Source of the DNA: an uncultured Planctomycetia bacterium
Lineage (GTDB): Bacteria; Omnitrophota; Gorgyraeia; 2-02-FULL-51-18
Length of the DNA stretch: 64,000 bases
Assembly: GCA_964402785.1 (NCBI GenBank)
Contig: CAYODQ010000003.1
Location: forward strand, 9,034 to 73,033
Direction: 5' to 3'
Part shown: one piece after another, positions 62,218-64,000 of the stretch
Position numbering within the stretch: position 1 is the first letter of the stretch
Layout of the letters: the number at the start of each line of letters is the position of its first letter
Made by a program: the position numbers and the translations under genes
The notes under the pieces: generated by a model
What the model was told of the DNA's origin: nothing
Database searches by the model: none
What the model saw: only the letters and a program-made list of their open reading frames with translations

Positions 62218-62441
62218 AAAAAGTGTATGCATGGTTGATCTACTTTGCCTCCTCTTTTCTTAAGATGGGTCAATATTCCACTTGCCGCTTCCACCCGACC
62301 TGCAGTGCATATGCCGTTGAGGCACTCGAAAAAAGATCATTTATGGATGCGCTGGCGATGATCGCCAAGCGCCTATTTCGTTGTCACCCATGGTCTTCTG
62401 GCGGGTCTGACCCCGTAGAGCCAAAATTTCAGGAGCTGTGA
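62214..62441 (+). CDS. yidD: Membrane protein insertion efficiency factor
   Basis: CRFHPTCSAYAVEA...RCHPW motif. Confidence 0.85.
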   Translation: MKKVYAWLIYFASSFLKMGQYSTCRFHPTCSAYAVEALEKRSFMDALAMIAKRLFRCHPWSSGGSDPVEPKFQEL

Positions 62442-64000
62442 TGGAAAAAAGAACTTTGATCGCCCTAGGATTATCTTTCTTGATCTTGTCTTCATATCCC
62501 ATGTTGATGCGGAAAATGTACCCAGATTATTATAAAAAACTAGACGCGGCGCAGTCGGTTAAAAAATCCGCAGCCAATAGCCCAGAGCCCACGGCGAGCA
62601 AAACACCCGCAGTGGATGGCCCGCGGGTCACGGCGACTCTCAAAGCCGGGAGTCTTTTGCCGGAGGATGATTTTTCATTCAAGAATAGCGGCGTTGATCT
62701 GGTGTTCAATAAAAAAGATGGCGCCATCAGACAGGTTGGTTTTGTGCGGTACCCGGATGCGGAGTCAAAAACACCCACAAAATTATTATCGTTGAGAGAT
62801 TCCGGAGCGACCCTGACATCTCTCGGCATCATTGAAGGCGGAAATTTATCCATGATCTTGGATCATGAAAGCTCGGTTAGCGGAAACGATGTTCGTTTCA
62901 CATCCAAATCTCAGGGGCTCAAAATCCAAAAGTCGTACGCATTCAAAGAGCCCTACGGCGCAGATCTTTCAGTCACATTTGAAAACACATCCGGCGAAAC
63001 ACGTTCCGTGGCTTATGAATTGATCGTGGGCTCGGGTATCCATCCGCGCAATTCCATCGACTCTCAGTACATCGAAGCGAATTTTTTCTCAGAGCTAGGT
63101 GATAAAAAAACGCTGCGTCATATCAAAGAAAACCGTCTTGGCAAACAAGTGCCCAGTCAGGGTTTTGTGAAATGGGTCTCCGTGAAAGACAGGCATTTTT
63201 CGGTTATTGTGATGCCCAAAACAGCGCAGAATTTCACAGGGCTTGTACGTGGCTTGGGCCACAATGATCTATCCGCTAGCCTTATCGCTTCCCCTGTTTC
63301 TATCCCACCGGGAAGCTCTGTTACGCACGATTTTACGCTGTACATAGGCCCCAATGAATTGGAATATTTGATGCCGTTAGGATTAGAAGAGCTTGTGAAC
63401 TTCGGTAAATTCGACGGGATCGCGCGTTTTTTTGTCGGAGCACTCGAGCTCCTCTATAAGATCTTTAAAAATTATGGCATTGGCATTATCGTTCTTACGA
63501 TCCTGATCAACGTTTTCCTTTTCCCCTTCACTCGCGTAAGTTACATGTCGATGAAGCGTATGCAGTTGGTGCAACCCCAGATGAATAAATTGCGCGAGCA
63601 GCATAAAAATAATCCACAGCGCCTCAATAAGGAAACAATGGAGCTGTACAAGAAACACAAAGTAAATCCGTTCGGCGGATGTTTGCCGATGATCATACAA
63701 ATACCGATCTTTGTTGCGCTGTATGTGGCGTTGTCCAAGTTTGTGCCGCTGGTGAATGCAAAGCTGTTGTGGATCAAAGATCTATCGGCTCCTGATCGCG
63801 TTTATTTGCCTTTCACTCTCCCCTTTGTCGGGAATTATTTTCATCTACTTCCCCTGCTGATGTGCGCCGGCATGTTTTTCCAGCAAAAAATGACCGGCAT
63901 GACGCAGTCCAACGATCCGCAAATGGAAGCGCAGCAAAAAATGATGGGCATTATGATGCCGATCGTATTCGGATTTATTTTTTATCAAATGCCTTCAGGC
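62441..64000 (+). CDS. yidC: Membrane protein insertase YidC (3' end beyond the window)
   Basis: Periplasmic domain then conserved TM region (NPFGGCLPMIIQIPIFVALY). ATG overlaps the yidD stop. Confidence 0.9.
   Translation, partial: MEKRTLIALGLSFLILSSYPMLMRKMYPDYYKKLDAAQSVKKSAANSPEPTASKTPAVDGPRVTATLKAGSLLPEDDFSFKNSGVDLVFNKKDGAIRQVGFVRYPDAESKTPTKLLSLRDSGATLTSLGIIEGGNLSMILDHESSVSGNDVRFTSKSQGLKIQKSYAFKEPYGADLSVTFENTSGETRSVAYELIVGSGIHPRNSIDSQYIEANFFSELGDKKTLRHIKENRLGKQVPSQGFVKWVSVKDRHFSVIVMPKTAQNFTGLVRGLGHNDLSASLIASPVSIPPGSSVTHDFTLYIGPNELEYLMPLGLEELVNFGKFDGIARFFVGALELLYKIFKNYGIGIIVLTILINVFLFPFTRVSYMSMKRMQLVQPQMNKLREQHKNNPQRLNKETMELYKKHKVNPFGGCLPMIIQIPIFVALYVALSKFVPLVNAKLLWIKDLSAPDRVYLPFTLPFVGNYFHLLPLLMCAGMFFQQKMTGMTQSNDPQMEAQQKMMGIMMPIVFGFIFYQMPSG

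Overview
This is a 64-kb origin-proximal segment of a bacterial chromosome, about 50% GC, of uncertain lineage. The right end carries the replication-origin gene set: gyrA, gyrB, a DciA/DUF721-like gene where recF usually sits, dnaN, dnaA, then rpmH-rnpA-yidD-yidC. DnaA-box clusters lie on both sides of dnaA. The left and middle are mostly metabolism and envelope genes: GTP-PEPCK (absent from the ORF track because it runs off the window start), Dps, tandem Usp, cytochrome c, a C-terminally short pyruvate kinase, a zinc alcohol dehydrogenase, a large autotransporter with an AraC regulator, a P-type cation ATPase, znuA/znuB, a BigR-like sulfide-detoxification operon, glycosyltransferases, Ogt, a GGDEF cyclase, MgtC, TspO, an Old Yellow Enzyme reductase, Tex and an N-domain-less ClpB. 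The accessory content worth a second look is: (i) an AT-rich island at 37.2-45.5 kb with a co-directional operon of a Dam-family methyltransferase, an unknown 295-aa protein, a MORC/MutL-like GHKL ATPase and a multi-HTH protein, plus two paralogous small proteins, an ORF6N protein, a SIMPL protein and Fic; (ii) a translationally coupled Lgt-like gene and radical SAM gene preceded by a 41-aa Cys-rich peptide that the ORF track does not list; (iii) a scarred tRNA-Glu locus with a duplicated tRNA 3' end and a 21-bp-arm inverted-repeat element; (iv) two adjacent type II toxin-antitoxin modules and a ~50-bp element shared between two phage-derived loci; (v) a Rieske-flavodoxin-CDGSH triple fusion. 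No CRISPR array and no rRNA were seen. All calls rest on reading the translated ORFs and the sequence by eye; no searches were run.
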